Shown here one piece after another: positions 10,686-20,592 of a stretch of 40,946 nt of DNA. The notes under the pieces were generated by a model. The model saw only the letters and a program-made list of their open reading frames with translations, was not told where the DNA came from and ran no database searches. The DNA comes from Bacteroidota bacterium (GTDB taxonomy: Bacteria; Bacteroidota; Bacteroidia; Bacteroidales; UBA12077), in contig JBNJFT010000001.1 in assembly GCA_051747065.1 (NCBI GenBank), positions 15,376 to 56,321 of the forward strand, in the 5' to 3' direction. Positions within the stretch are counted from its first letter, which is position 1. Each line of letters starts with the position of its first letter. A program made the position numbers and the translations under genes.

Positions 10686-11906
10686 TTAAATGATATTTTG
10701 TTTAGGATAACATAAAAAATATTTTTTGACAGTTTTTGATAATATCGATAGATTGAGCATATCAGAAGCCTCTGTTATGTCTGTAACATCCTGATTCTTA
10801 AATAAAATCTGAATGTTTTCATTTTTAGCACTATATGCCTTATTGCTTATATAATTAGAAAAAACTAAATATTCAAGTTGCTCATTATTCATCTCATATT
10901 CTGCCTTTATGCCAGCTTTAATGATTTCAATTTTATCCTCATCAAAAGGAGCATTTTGTAAATCAATTTTAAATAATTTTCTGTTAAGCATATTTTGAGA
11001 CAGAAGGGAAAGCACCCTGTCATCGGATTCTGTCCACAGTTTAAGAGACGCCGCTATGTCATTGTCGTCTAATTTAGAATAATTTATTAGCAAATTTTGC
11101 GAATTGTCATCTTTGTATTTTTCTTTTAAAAAGTATTCCAATTGAGGCGTACAGCCAATGTTTTCTCCTTCGTTGATGAGGTATTTGGCTCTTTTCAAAA
11201 TGGATGAAACAAGCTGATCGGCTGAAATAACTGTTTTGTGGAAGTATACCTGCCAATACATGATCCACCGGGCAATAAGAAATTTTTCGATGGAATGGAC
11301 TCCTTTTGCTTCAATGACCAAATGATCATTGTGGACATTGAGCATTTTTATTATTCGATCAGAGCCTATAACACCTTCTGAAACACCGGTAAAGAAACTG
11401 TCTCTTCTCAGGTAATCCAATCTATCCATGTCTAATTGACTGGAAACCAGCTGATGCAGAAATTTTTTGTAATACTGGTTCTTAAAAATTTTGATAGCAA
11501 GGCTTAATTCCCCGTTAAATTCCTTGTTTAATTCATTCATAAAGAGAAGAGAAAATTCTTCATGTGAAAAGTCGGTTAGCCAAACATCTTCCAGTGTATG
11601 TGAAAGAGGCCCATGCCCGATGTCATGTAAGAGGATTGCGATCTTAGCTGCAAGAGCTTCTTCTTCAGTTATTTCATGCCCTTTTGAACGTATTATGTCA
11701 ATGGAAGATTGCATCAGATGCAGGGAACCCAGGGAATGCTGAAAACGTGTATGCATCGCACCGGGATAAACAAAATGCGTCAGCCCCAATTGTTTTATTC
11801 TTCTTAATCGTTGAAAATATGGGTGTTCAATAAGATCAAAAATGATCTCATCGAATATATTTATAAATCCGTAAACGGGGTCGTTAATAATTTTTTTCTT
11901 GTTCAT
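10686..11906 (-). CDS. HD domain-containing phosphohydrolase (dNTPase-like)
   Basis: HD motifs HSLGSLHL and [12 protein letters not shown]. The ORF track start at 11942 is a TTG lying inside a -7 box; the ATG at 11906 ([14 protein letters not shown]...) is preferred. Confidence 0.85.
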   Translation of the reverse strand: MNKKKIINDPVYGFINIFDEIIFDLIEHPYFQRLRRIKQLGLTHFVYPGAMHTRFQHSLGSLHLMQSSIDIIRSKGHEITEEEALAAKIAILLHDIGHGPLSHTLEDVWLTDFSHEEFSLLFMNELNKEFNGELSLAIKIFKNQYYKKFLHQLVSSQLDMDRLDYLRRDSFFTGVSEGVIGSDRIIKMLNVHNDHLVIEAKGVHSIEKFLIARWIMYWQVYFHKTVISADQLVSSILKRAKYLINEGENIGCTPQLEYFLKEKYKDDNSQNLLINYSKLDDNDIAASLKLWTESDDRVLSLLSQNMLNRKLFKIDLQNAPFDEDKIEIIKAGIKAEYEMNNEQLEYLVFSNYISNKAYSAKNENIQILFKNQDVTDITEASDMLNLSILSKTVKKYFLCYPKQNII

Positions 11907-11939
11907 TATTGAATTATTTCTTGATTGATGAAAAGGTGT

Positions 11940-11947
11940 CAAAAGTA
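11940..11947 (-). promoter_or_regulatory. Candidate -7 box (TACTTTTG on - strand) for the HD/lpx cluster
   Basis: The reverse complement matches TAnnTTTG, 33 nt upstream of the ATG at 11906. Confidence 0.4.
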
Positions 11948-12063
11948 AAAAAATATTTAACTCGTTGAAAATCTTGTAGCTTAATAATATAGATACACCT
12001 TAAAAAAATGGGTTTTTATACAATAAAATCAGTTGGATACTTGTCATTTAATTAGATAATTGT

Positions 12064-12071
12064 TATTTTTG
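12064..12071 (+). promoter_or_regulatory. Candidate -7 box (TATTTTTG) of the rimP-nusA-infB promoter
   Basis: Exact TAnnTTTG match. A TTG lies about 20 nt upstream (acTTGtc). It is the only + strand promoter-like element in the divergent region. Confidence 0.45.
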
Positions 12072-12103
12072 CACCAGTAAAATATGAGAGGAGGGATTTT
12101 GCT

Positions 12104-12124
12104 GGGGACGTTGTCCCCTTTTTT
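12104..12124 (+). terminator. Intrinsic-terminator-like hairpin in the rimP leader
   Basis: GGGGAC-gtt-GTCCCC (6-bp GC-rich stem, 3-nt loop) followed by six T. It lies 33 nt upstream of the rimP ATG and about 30-45 nt downstream of the -7 box. Confidence 0.6.
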
Positions 12125-12157
12125 CGTATCAAAAACTAAGCCGAACAAGCCGGGAAG

Positions 12158-12616
12158 ATGGTAAAAGACAGAGAGATAGAAAAAGCAGTAAGAGATGTTT
12201 TGGATTCTGATAATTATTTTATCGTTGGAATTCAAAATAAGCAAGATACGATAAAAGTTATTGTTGATGGTTATAAAGGTATTGATCTGGAGAAATGTGG
12301 TGAAATCACAAGAAACCTGAGAAGCTCGTTTGGGGAAAAGGTTGATGATTACAATATAGAAGTGACATCACCCGGATTAACCTCCCCCTTTCAGGTGATA
12401 GAACAATATAAGAAGAATATCGGGCAGAAAGTTGAGACTCTTCTAAAAACGGGCGAAAAGATTACAGGGAAATTACAGGAAGTGAATCCGGACAGTATCC
12501 TTTTAGAGGAGAAAAAAAGAATTAAGACAGATAAGAATAAGAAAAAAACAGTGCGGGAAGAGAAAACAATAAAGTTTGATGAAATAAAATACACAAAATT
12601 GATAATATCATTTTAA
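12158..12616 (+). CDS. rimP: Ribosome maturation factor RimP
   Basis: 152 aa with a RimP-like sequence (EVTSPGL motif), immediately upstream of nusA. Confidence 0.88.
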   Translation: MVKDREIEKAVRDVLDSDNYFIVGIQNKQDTIKVIVDGYKGIDLEKCGEITRNLRSSFGEKVDDYNIEVTSPGLTSPFQVIEQYKKNIGQKVETLLKTGEKITGKLQEVNPDSILLEEKKRIKTDKNKKKTVREEKTIKFDEIKYTKLIISF

Positions 12617-12629
12617 AATTAATAGAGCG

Positions 12630-13865
12630 ATGGATAATTTGAATTTGTTTGATACCTTTTCTGAGTTCAAGGAGCTAAAGAATATAGACAGGCCTTCGAT
12701 GATGAATGTTTTGGAAGATGTTTTCCGCAAATCTCTTGAAAAGATTTTCGGAACCTCGGAAAATTTTGATATCATTATTAATATTGATAAGGGTGATTTT
12801 GAAATATGGAGGAACAGAGAAGTTGTTGAAGATGATGAGCTTGAAGATGACAACCTTCAAATACCTATTTCAAAAGCAAAGAAAATAGACGATGATTACG
12901 AAGTTGGAGAAGAAGTAACAGATGAGGTGAAACTGGAAGATTTTGGAAGAAGAGTGATTCTTTCTCTGAGACAACATCTTACTTCAAAAATTCTTGAGAT
13001 TGAAAGAAACAATGTATTTGAAAAATATAAGCAGCGTATAGGGCAAATTATAAGTGGTGAGGTTTACCAGGTTTGGAAACGCGAGCTCATGGTATTGGAT
13101 GATGAAGGAAACGAACTTATCATGCCACGCGATGAACAAATTCCTTCTGATCATTTCCGCAAGGGTGATCTTTTAAGAGCCGTTGTGGTAAGGGCTGAAA
13201 TGAGGAATAATACACCATTGATTATAATTTCACGGACTTCACCCGTATTTTTAGAGCGGTTATTTGAGTTTGAAGTTCCCGAGATATATGACGGCCTTAT
13301 CACCATAAAAAAAGTTGTGCGGGCTCCCGGGGAAAAAGCCAAAGTTGCAGTAGAATCTTATGACGACAGAATTGATCCGGTTGGATCGTGCGTTGGAATG
13401 AAAGGTTCAAGAATTCACGGTATTGTTCGCGAATTAAGAAATGAAAATATAGATGTAATTAACTATACAAATAACACACAACTATTTATTCAAAGAGCCC
13501 TGAGTCCTGCTAAAATCAACTCCATTAAGATTGATGACGAGAATAAAACAGCAGAGGTTTATCTTGATCCCGAGGAAGTCTCTCTGGCAATTGGAAAAGG
13601 CGGACTCAATATTAAACTGGCAAGTCAGCTGACAGGCTATGATTTAGATGTTTACAGAGAAGCGGAAGAAGATGAAGAGGACGTAAATATTGATGAATTT
13701 TCAGATGAAATCGATCAGTGGGTTATTGACACACTGAAATCTGTCGGTCTTGACACAGCAAAGAGTGTTTTGGAGCTTAGCAGGGAAGAACTCGAGCGGC
13801 GAACTGATTTAGAAGAAGAAACTATTGATGATATTACTCAAATTTTTAAATCAGAATTTGAATAA
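12630..13865 (+). CDS. nusA: Transcription termination/antitermination factor NusA
   Basis: S1 and KH domain motifs (CVGMKGSRI, AIGKGGLNIKLA). 411 aa, in rimP-nusA-infB synteny. Confidence 0.95.
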   Translation: MDNLNLFDTFSEFKELKNIDRPSMMNVLEDVFRKSLEKIFGTSENFDIIINIDKGDFEIWRNREVVEDDELEDDNLQIPISKAKKIDDDYEVGEEVTDEVKLEDFGRRVILSLRQHLTSKILEIERNNVFEKYKQRIGQIISGEVYQVWKRELMVLDDEGNELIMPRDEQIPSDHFRKGDLLRAVVVRAEMRNNTPLIIISRTSPVFLERLFEFEVPEIYDGLITIKKVVRAPGEKAKVAVESYDDRIDPVGSCVGMKGSRIHGIVRELRNENIDVINYTNNTQLFIQRALSPAKINSIKIDDENKTAEVYLDPEEVSLAIGKGGLNIKLASQLTGYDLDVYREAEEDEEDVNIDEFSDEIDQWVIDTLKSVGLDTAKSVLELSREELERRTDLEEETIDDITQIFKSEFE

Positions 13866-13927
13866 TTTAACAGATTAATTATAATTTAGCGACTTAATAG
13901 GAGCAACAAATTTTCTAAGGGGTATAT

Positions 13928-16900
13928 ATGGCAAAGGACAAAAAAATAACGAGATTGAGCAAGGTGGCAAGAGAATTCAATGTGGGGATTTCAACAATTG
14001 TGGATTTTCTTCATAAAAAGGGATATGGTATCGATTCTAACCCTAATGCAAAAGTATCCCCGGAACAATACAATCTTTTGGTGGATGAATACAGTACAGA
14101 TAGTGATGTTAAGAAACAATCTCAAAAGATAAATCTGGATAAATCCCACGAGAGCAGTAAGCATTCTATTTCTATTAATGATATTGAGCAGGAAACACAA
14201 GAAGATGACACAAACTCTGAAGAATCCGGAGACGATGAGGAAATTTTCATTAAAGATGTGAGTGGAAAAGAACAAAAAAAATCTGCTCAAAAACCCAAAG
14301 AAAAAGAGACCAGTAAAGAAGAATCAGAAAAAGAGAAAGCCGCTAAGGAAGAAAAAGCAGAAAAGGCCAGGAAAGAGAAAGAAAAACAGGAAAAAGAACC
14401 TAAGGTAGTAGGCAAAATTGATTTAGATTCAGTTACCAAAAAACAAAAAGCAGAAAAAGAAGAGGATAAAAGCCAGAAAAAACAACAAGAGACCCCCGAG
14501 AAAACGGAGAAAAAAGAAAAATCCAAACAACCTTCAACAAAAGAAACAGAAAAGAAAACCTCTAAGAAAGAGGAAACGAAAGCTCCCAAGAAATCTGAAA
14601 CTGTAAAGAAAGAAGAGGAAAAGGATAAGAAAGCCAAAAAACAGGCGAAAACAGAAAAACAAGAAACGGAAGAAGCCAAAAAAGAGGAAAAAACAGACGA
14701 GAAAGTGAAAAAAACAGAAAAACCCGCTGAAGAAACACCGGAGAATGTTGCTGTTGGTCAGAAAAATACTATAGATATCAAGGACGAAGAGGAAAAAGAA
14801 CAGATTAAGGTTGTCGGAAAAATAGATCTGGATTCACTAAATCAAAAAACAAGGCCGGATAGAAAGACGCGTAAAGAAAAAGAGGCAGAACGTACGAAAA
14901 AAGAGGGTACAAAAAAAGAGGGAGCCAAAAAAGAAAGTGCGAAGAAGGAAGAAGAGAAATCTACGGATGAAAGTACAAAACCGAAAAGAAAACGAAGAAA
15001 GCGTATTAATAAAGATAAAGAAAAAGTTCAGGTAGATAACAAGACGAAACAACAAGAAGGAACAAAGGAAAAGAAAGAGCCACCAAAAAAGAAAAAGTCT
15101 AAGAAAAAACGACCTGTTCGAAATGAAGTAGACGAGGAAGATGTTCAGAAGCAGGTAAAAGAAACCCTTTCAAGGCTTACTAGTAAAGGAAAGTCAAAAG
15201 GGTCAAAATACAGAAGAGAAAAACGACAGGCTATAAATGAAAAACAGCAGGAAGAAGCAGCCAAGCAGGAGGAGGAAAAGAATGTATTGAAGGTAACGGA
15301 GTTTGTTTCCGTAAATGAATTGGCTAGTATGATGGAGGTTCCTGTCAACGATGTAATTCAAACCTGTATGAATCTCGGGTTGCTCGTTTCAATGAACCAG
15401 CGCCTGGATGCAGAAACAATGGCATTGGTTGCTGATGAGTACAATTATAAAGTGGAATTTGTAAGTGTCGAAGTACAAGAGGCAATTAAAGATGAAGAAG
15501 ACAGAGAAGAGGATTTAGAACCTCGTGATCCAATTGTTACTGTCATGGGGCACGTTGACCATGGCAAAACTTCTTTACTTGACCACATTCGTAAAGCAAA
15601 CGTAATTGCCGGCGAGGCCGGAGGTATTACCCAGCATATCGGCGCTTATCGCGTTGAAGTCACTGATGAAAAAAGAATAACATTTTTAGACACTCCCGGT
15701 CACGAAGCTTTTACGGCAATGCGTGCGAGGGGTGCACAAATTACTGATGTGGCAATTATTGTTGTTGCCGCAGATGATAATGTTATGCCCCAAACTATTG
15801 AGGCAATCAATCATGCATCTGCAGCCGGAGTGCCTATAGTCTTCGCTATCAACAAGGTAGATAAGCCCGGCGCCAGTCCGGAACGAATTAAGGAAGAGCT
15901 GGCGAATATGAATTACCTTGTAGAAGAATGGGGCGGAAAATATCAATCACAGGATATTTCTGCCAAGAAGGGTGAAAACATTGAGGCTTTGCTGGAGAAA
16001 GTTCTGCTTGAGTCTGAGCTGCTTGACCTTAAAGCGAACCCGAATAAAAATGCCATTGGCACCGTACTTGAATCATGGCTTGACAAGGGACGAGGGTATG
16101 TTTCAAATATTCTTGTACAAGCCGGAAAGATGATAATTTCAGATGTTATATTAGCAGGAAGCCACATGGGAAGGGCTAAGGCAATGTTCAATGAAAGAGG
16201 TAAAGAAATTAAAGAAGTTGGTCCTTCACAACCTGTACAGCTTCTTGGTTTAAGCGGAGCACCTCAGGCAGGGGATAAATTTAATGTGATGGACACTGAA
16301 AAAGAGGCGAAAGAGATTGCAAACAAGAGATCGCAGCTTGAACGTGAGCAGACAATGAGGACACAGAAACACATTACCCTTGATGAAATTGGACGCCGTA
16401 TTGCAATTGGCAACTTTAAAGAGGTAAATCTCGTTGTTAAAGGTGATGTTGACGGTTCTGTCGAAGCACTTTCAGATGCATTTGCAAAACTAAGTACTGA
16501 AGAAATTCAAATTAACATTATACACAAAGGCGTAGGACAAATTACGGAATCTGACATCTTATTAGCTGCTGCATCAAATGCTGTAGTTATTGGTTTCCAG
16601 GTTCGGCCTTCAGCTTCTGCACGAAAGCTTGCTGCTAAAGAACAAATTGATATTCGTTTATACTCCATTATTTATGACGCCATCAATAATATGAAAGATG
16701 CTCTTGAGGGTATGCTTGAGCCGGAGATTAAAGAGGAGATAACCGGAAATGCAGAAGTGAAAGATATCTTTAAAATTAAAAAGGTTGGAACTATTGCCGG
16801 ATGTATTGTCAAAGATGGCAAGCTGGAACGAGACAGTAAAGTCCGGGTAATTCGTGATGGTATTGTAATTCACTCAGGTGAACTCGAAAGCTTGAAACGC

Positions 16901-17050
16901 TTTAAGCAAGATGCCAAAGTGGTTACCTCAGGATATGAATGTGGTCTGAATGTTAAGAACTACAACGATATTGAAGTTGGCGATGTGATTGAAGGTTATA
17001 AAGAAGTAGAAGTCAAGAAGAGTTTAGAGGATTCGAAGAAGAAAAAATAA
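13928..17050 (+). CDS. infB: Translation initiation factor IF-2
   Basis: GTPase motifs [17 protein letters not shown] and NKVDK. 1040 aa with a roughly 390-aa Lys/Glu-rich N-terminal region. Confidence 0.96.
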   Translation: MAKDKKITRLSKVAREFNVGISTIVDFLHKKGYGIDSNPNAKVSPEQYNLLVDEYSTDSDVKKQSQKINLDKSHESSKHSISINDIEQETQEDDTNSEESGDDEEIFIKDVSGKEQKKSAQKPKEKETSKEESEKEKAAKEEKAEKARKEKEKQEKEPKVVGKIDLDSVTKKQKAEKEEDKSQKKQQETPEKTEKKEKSKQPSTKETEKKTSKKEETKAPKKSETVKKEEEKDKKAKKQAKTEKQETEEAKKEEKTDEKVKKTEKPAEETPENVAVGQKNTIDIKDEEEKEQIKVVGKIDLDSLNQKTRPDRKTRKEKEAERTKKEGTKKEGAKKESAKKEEEKSTDESTKPKRKRRKRINKDKEKVQVDNKTKQQEGTKEKKEPPKKKKSKKKRPVRNEVDEEDVQKQVKETLSRLTSKGKSKGSKYRREKRQAINEKQQEEAAKQEEEKNVLKVTEFVSVNELASMMEVPVNDVIQTCMNLGLLVSMNQRLDAETMALVADEYNYKVEFVSVEVQEAIKDEEDREEDLEPRDPIVTVMGHVDHGKTSLLDHIRKANVIAGEAGGITQHIGAYRVEVTDEKRITFLDTPGHEAFTAMRARGAQITDVAIIVVAADDNVMPQTIEAINHASAAGVPIVFAINKVDKPGASPERIKEELANMNYLVEEWGGKYQSQDISAKKGENIEALLEKVLLESELLDLKANPNKNAIGTVLESWLDKGRGYVSNILVQAGKMIISDVILAGSHMGRAKAMFNERGKEIKEVGPSQPVQLLGLSGAPQAGDKFNVMDTEKEAKEIANKRSQLEREQTMRTQKHITLDEIGRRIAIGNFKEVNLVVKGDVDGSVEALSDAFAKLSTEEIQINIIHKGVGQITESDILLAAASNAVVIGFQVRPSASARKLAAKEQIDIRLYSIIYDAINNMKDALEGMLEPEIKEEITGNAEVKDIFKIKKVGTIAGCIVKDGKLERDSKVRVIRDGIVIHSGELESLKRFKQDAKVVTSGYECGLNVKNYNDIEVGDVIEGYKEVEVKKSLEDSKKKK

Positions 17051-17071
17051 TTGCTTTCCTTTATAAGAACT

Positions 17072-17099
17072 CAGAATACAGAATACAGAATACAGAATT
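17072..17099 (+). repeat. Tandem heptamer array (CAGAATA x3 + CAGAATT)
   Basis: Four head-to-tail 7-mers read directly from the sequence. They form the left edge of repeat copy B. Confidence 0.9.
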
Positions 17100-17296
17100 C
17101 CTACCTGCCGCCTGCCTCCCGGTAGGCAGGGCAGGCAGGCATAATGCGGTAATATCTAACTGTCAATTAAATGCAAAGATCATTGTATCTGATATCTTAA
17201 TATGTTAATTAAAAGAATGAGCGTTTTATAAAATTCTATTTAAAATTTGACCCCGCTTTTTAATCATTTTTGCATTTTTCGGGGTTTCGCCTTGCT

Positions 17297-17304
17297 TAAC
17301 TTTG
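17297..17304 (+). promoter_or_regulatory. Conserved -7-like box TAACTTTG inside repeat copy B
   Basis: Matches TAnnTTTG and is conserved in position in copies C and D. It sits 8 nt after the invariant 24-mer. Confidence 0.4.
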
Positions 17305-17388
17305 CCATTAACCTCCTGTTTTTCGTAACATTGCTTACTTGTGAATGTGACTGTTGATTATCAGAATATGACTGCAGAAAGTTACATG

Positions 17389-20205
17389 CTATTCATTGTT
17401 ACTTTGCTCTTCCAGTTTTTCTAAAACATCCTTTAATTCTTTCATTGATTGTGCTGCCTCATCAAATTTTTGTTCGCCCGTGAATCGCAGATAATTCTGT
17501 AATGCCTGACTCGCATTCTTTATCAGCATGCTTTGATCTTTGGAGATTCCTTCGGCTTCTTTAGAGGGGACCTTTTTTACGGGTTCGCCGTAAATTCCTT
17601 TTAATGCTTCATCAAAACTTTCTGCATAGCTCAAATTGTCATTGTGCATAACTGCTACCAGCCTTAACTCAGGATAAGCAGCTGTTTCTGACTGAAGATA
17701 AATAGGTTCAACATAGATCATAGTTTCTCCAACCGGAATAGCCAATACATTACCCCTAATTACGCTCGAACCTCTCTGATCCCAAAGAGATAATTGTCCT
17801 GAAAGGTAGGATTCCTGATCGATTTTTGTCTCTACTTGTTGAGGGCCAAGTATTCGTTTGTCTTTAGGAAATTTATACGCTACAAACTTTCCATAATTTT
17901 CTCCATCGCTCATGCCTGCGATCCAGCCGATCATCACCTGTCGGTTTTTCGGGGTGAAGGGTTGCATTAATACAAATTCCACTTCATCTTCTCCCGGACG
18001 TTCCCACATGATATAATATGGATCTACTGGTTTGATGTTGTCGTAATATTTTTCTGTTGCGCGAATCCAAATATCCTCCTGGTTGTAAAATACTCTTGGA
18101 TCTTTCATGTGGTATTTTGCATAAACCTGGCCCTGAACCGATAATTTATCTATAGGATATCTGACATGTTTCCTCAGGTCCTCAGGCATTTCCTCCTTTT
18201 CATTAAACATTTTCGGGAAAACATTTTTCCATACGTTAATTACAGGGTCGTCCTCGTCGTAAACATAAAGCTCGGGTTTGCCGTTAAATGCATCGATAAC
18301 GACCTTTACCGGGTTGCGCAGATAATTTATCCCGTTTAACTTAGGAGCTACGTTTGAAATAAGCTCTCTTTCTGTTTCTCCCCGGCTATATTCAATGACT
18401 TCCCTGGAAGTAAAAGGTTCGCTGTAAGGAAATGATGAAGAAGTTGTGTAACCATCAAGAATCCAGTATAACTTTCCATCTGAAAGCACAATGTATGGAT
18501 CCTCGTCAAACTCCAGAAATGGAGCTATTTTCTGAACCCTTTGCTTAATATTTCTGTGAAACATTAAGCGGCTGCTGTCTTTTGGATAATTTGAAAAGAA
18601 AAAACGGGTTCCGTCAAATTTCCACCCGTACAGAAATTTTCGCCATAAGTTTGAAATCTGTACACCACCGGTGCCATCATATCGGGTATATATGTTTTCA
18701 TCTCCGCTTGGGTAATCAAATTCTTCTTCTTTGGAGTTTGTAATTACATGAGAGTTCGTAAGTTCCCCATAATATATGCCTGGGGTTTCAACTTCCAGTT
18801 CGTCATATTTGCTTTTTGGGGGAATGTCTTTAATCATCAGGTTTGGAAGCCCATTAGAAGTAAATTCATGGACGTTATTAAGAGTTATTCCATAACCATG
18901 AGTATATTTAAATCTTTTATTTACAAAGGTTTTACTTTGCTCCGGAAGGTTTTTAGTATCCATTTCTCTTGCTGATACCATAACTTGCTGGTAGGTGCTG
19001 TCAATAGTATAGCGGTCAATATCAACATCATTGAATTCATAATACAAGCGAATTTCCTGGAATTGTTTGTAAACTTCATCCAATGCCTGCCAATCCCATA
19101 GCCGGATATTCGAAAAAATGCCAGGATTGGATTCTACTGTTTGTTTGTTAAATGTTTCACTCACAGGATATTCTTTTTCTTCAATATCCTCCAAATCAAA
19201 TGCATAACGCGTTAACTCAATATTGTTTTTAATGAAAGGAGATTCCATCGTAATTTCATTGGGCTCTACTTTTAGCCATTGGAATGTTGCAGGGATAATA
19301 CTAAGAATTAAGAGCCATATAACCAGGATAATTCCAAACAGAGATCCTAAGGCTGCTGGCAATAGGCTCATTACTTGCATCTTAAATCTTTGCAGATATT
19401 TAAGCAGTCTTTGCCTGGTAGCCGGCATTATAAATACTACAGCGATCAGGAAAGTGAGAATTGCAGCAATGGTATAACCCGGCAAACGAATATGTGCATC
19501 CGTCCACCCTGGGCCATTTACAGCGCCCCAGCTTGAAAAAAGCAGGTCATATCTTGCTAAGAATTTATCGAGGGCCAGCGCTATAAAGAATACACTCCCA
19601 CTGTAAACAAGAGACCGGCCTTCTCTGACCCCATAGGTTAGATCATTTGAAGGAGCATTGGTTCCTGTTTCTTTGGCAAATATACCGAGAAGAACAGCCG
19701 CCATAGAAATAATGGAAGTAACAATGAAAAAGTTGACAATTTGATGGTAGAAAGGCAACTTGAACATATACAAGGAGGCGTCCTGGTTAAGAATTGGCTC
19801 CTGAATTCCTGCATTCACAGAGTTAAAGAACTTCAGAACCACTTCCCAGTCAGAAAACCCCCATGAAATACCATAAATAAGCGCAATAATCAATGCTAAA
19901 TATTTATGGAAAATACTTTCTTTAGCAATAGAGCGGGTCATCAAATGCACAAGTAAAACGCCTAATCCGCCGCCAATGATCACCATGGAAGCTTTTGTAA
20001 TGATCTCTATCCAAAAGCGGTCGCCAAATCCAACATTATCGTACCATAACTTCTCACCCCAGAATGACATAAACAAAAAGAAAAGGGCAGTCAAGGCGAT
20101 CACAACTCCTCCGGTAATGATTTTTCCTTTTGTTTTCTTTTGGATTCCGAGGTACATAAAACGAATGCCTACAAAAAGCAGAGCAATAATAATTACAGTA
20201 TACAT
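17389..20205 (-). CDS. UPF0182 family membrane protein
   Basis: 938 aa with an N-terminal multi-pass membrane region and a large soluble C-terminal region. The family call comes from overall architecture and remembered sequence character only. Confidence 0.7.
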   Translation of the reverse strand: MYTVIIIALLFVGIRFMYLGIQKKTKGKIITGGVVIALTALFFLFMSFWGEKLWYDNVGFGDRFWIEIITKASMVIIGGGLGVLLVHLMTRSIAKESIFHKYLALIIALIYGISWGFSDWEVVLKFFNSVNAGIQEPILNQDASLYMFKLPFYHQIVNFFIVTSIISMAAVLLGIFAKETGTNAPSNDLTYGVREGRSLVYSGSVFFIALALDKFLARYDLLFSSWGAVNGPGWTDAHIRLPGYTIAAILTFLIAVVFIMPATRQRLLKYLQRFKMQVMSLLPAALGSLFGIILVIWLLILSIIPATFQWLKVEPNEITMESPFIKNNIELTRYAFDLEDIEEKEYPVSETFNKQTVESNPGIFSNIRLWDWQALDEVYKQFQEIRLYYEFNDVDIDRYTIDSTYQQVMVSAREMDTKNLPEQSKTFVNKRFKYTHGYGITLNNVHEFTSNGLPNLMIKDIPPKSKYDELEVETPGIYYGELTNSHVITNSKEEEFDYPSGDENIYTRYDGTGGVQISNLWRKFLYGWKFDGTRFFFSNYPKDSSRLMFHRNIKQRVQKIAPFLEFDEDPYIVLSDGKLYWILDGYTTSSSFPYSEPFTSREVIEYSRGETERELISNVAPKLNGINYLRNPVKVVIDAFNGKPELYVYDEDDPVINVWKNVFPKMFNEKEEMPEDLRKHVRYPIDKLSVQGQVYAKYHMKDPRVFYNQEDIWIRATEKYYDNIKPVDPYYIMWERPGEDEVEFVLMQPFTPKNRQVMIGWIAGMSDGENYGKFVAYKFPKDKRILGPQQVETKIDQESYLSGQLSLWDQRGSSVIRGNVLAIPVGETMIYVEPIYLQSETAAYPELRLVAVMHNDNLSYAESFDEALKGIYGEPVKKVPSKEAEGISKDQSMLIKNASQALQNYLRFTGEQKFDEAAQSMKELKDVLEKLEEQSNNE

Positions 20206-20428
20206 GGCTTATAATTTAAATTTACCTTAAGATATAAAATAAAATGGTTTCATCACAATAATTTCATAAATAACAACTTCGGGATTTCTTCTTTATCTTT
20301 ATCAACACTATTCTTTTCCCGGATATTCTAATATTGTAAGAATGGTTTTTCTATTGCACCTAAGTTGAGCGGTTTGAACGAAGTGAAAAAGCGCTTTACT
20401 TAGGTATAACCCCGACTTAGAAATTATA

Positions 20429-20458
20429 GGTTTTTACCGAATAGGTGAGGTAAAAACC
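20429..20458. other. Perfect 10-bp stem hairpin (GGTTTTTACC / GGTAAAAACC)
   Basis: Exact inverted repeat with a 10-nt loop. The strand of function is unresolved. It may be the terminator of the 20593..21588 gene or part of a structured RNA. Confidence 0.5.
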
Positions 20459-20592
20459 ATACAATTTCTTTGTCGTGAGTGAGAATCGCTCAATTTGGGT
20501 TGCATTTATGTACACACATCCATCAACGTCCAGACTGCTGATTTTCAGCGCATAACCAGTAAAAACAAACAGATTCGAACCCGGAAAGAATT

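Larger units (their letters stand above)
17072..17381 (+). repeat. Modular intergenic repeat, copy B (head + module 1 + core + diverged tail)
   Basis: 17182-17288 matches 24003-24109 at 100/107 positions by eye. 17100-17114 is identical to 23940-23954. It lies between the convergent 3' ends of infB and the UPF0182 gene. Confidence 0.8.

Noticed and set aside
12044-12244. A 66-aa ORF on the - strand spans the rimP leader.
   Set aside because: It overlaps the rimP start, promoter and terminator. Its sequence is hydrophobic junk and nothing supports it.
14287-15348. Long antisense ORFs lie opposite infB (14287..14679, 14837..15055, 15145..15348). Similar antisense ORFs lie opposite other genes, for example 815..1126, 1521..2084, 2786..3193, 7884..8219, 24837..25205 and 28480..28806.
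   Set aside because: They sit opposite strongly supported housekeeping CDSs. Their translations are low-complexity or Ser/Phe/Cys-rich, as expected from the reverse complement of purine-rich K/E codons. They have no independent signals.
17072-17099. The heptamer arrays (17072-17099 and 24307-24334) were considered as a possible CRISPR or phase-variable microsatellite.
   Set aside because: The units are 7 nt with no spacers, so this is not a CRISPR. The arrays are intergenic at 3' ends, not within a CDS or between -33 and -7 promoter elements, so a classical slipped-strand phase switch is not supported.
17368-17424. An 18-aa hydrophobic micro-ORF (MTAESYMLFIVTLLFQFF) lies downstream of the putative internal promoter of copy B and resembles a type I toxin.
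   Set aside because: Most of it lies antisense within the conserved 3' end of the UPF0182 CDS. There is no counterpart in copies C or D, so it is most likely a chance ORF.
20570-20592. On the - strand, GGGTTCGAATC resembles a tRNA T-arm, which could mark a tRNA fragment or att-site remnant.
   Set aside because: The flanking bases do not form a T-stem (CCGGG versus CTGTT) and there is no acceptor or anticodon arm. It matches the real tRNA-Ser T-loop over only about 12 nt, and no integrase is nearby. It is likely chance.
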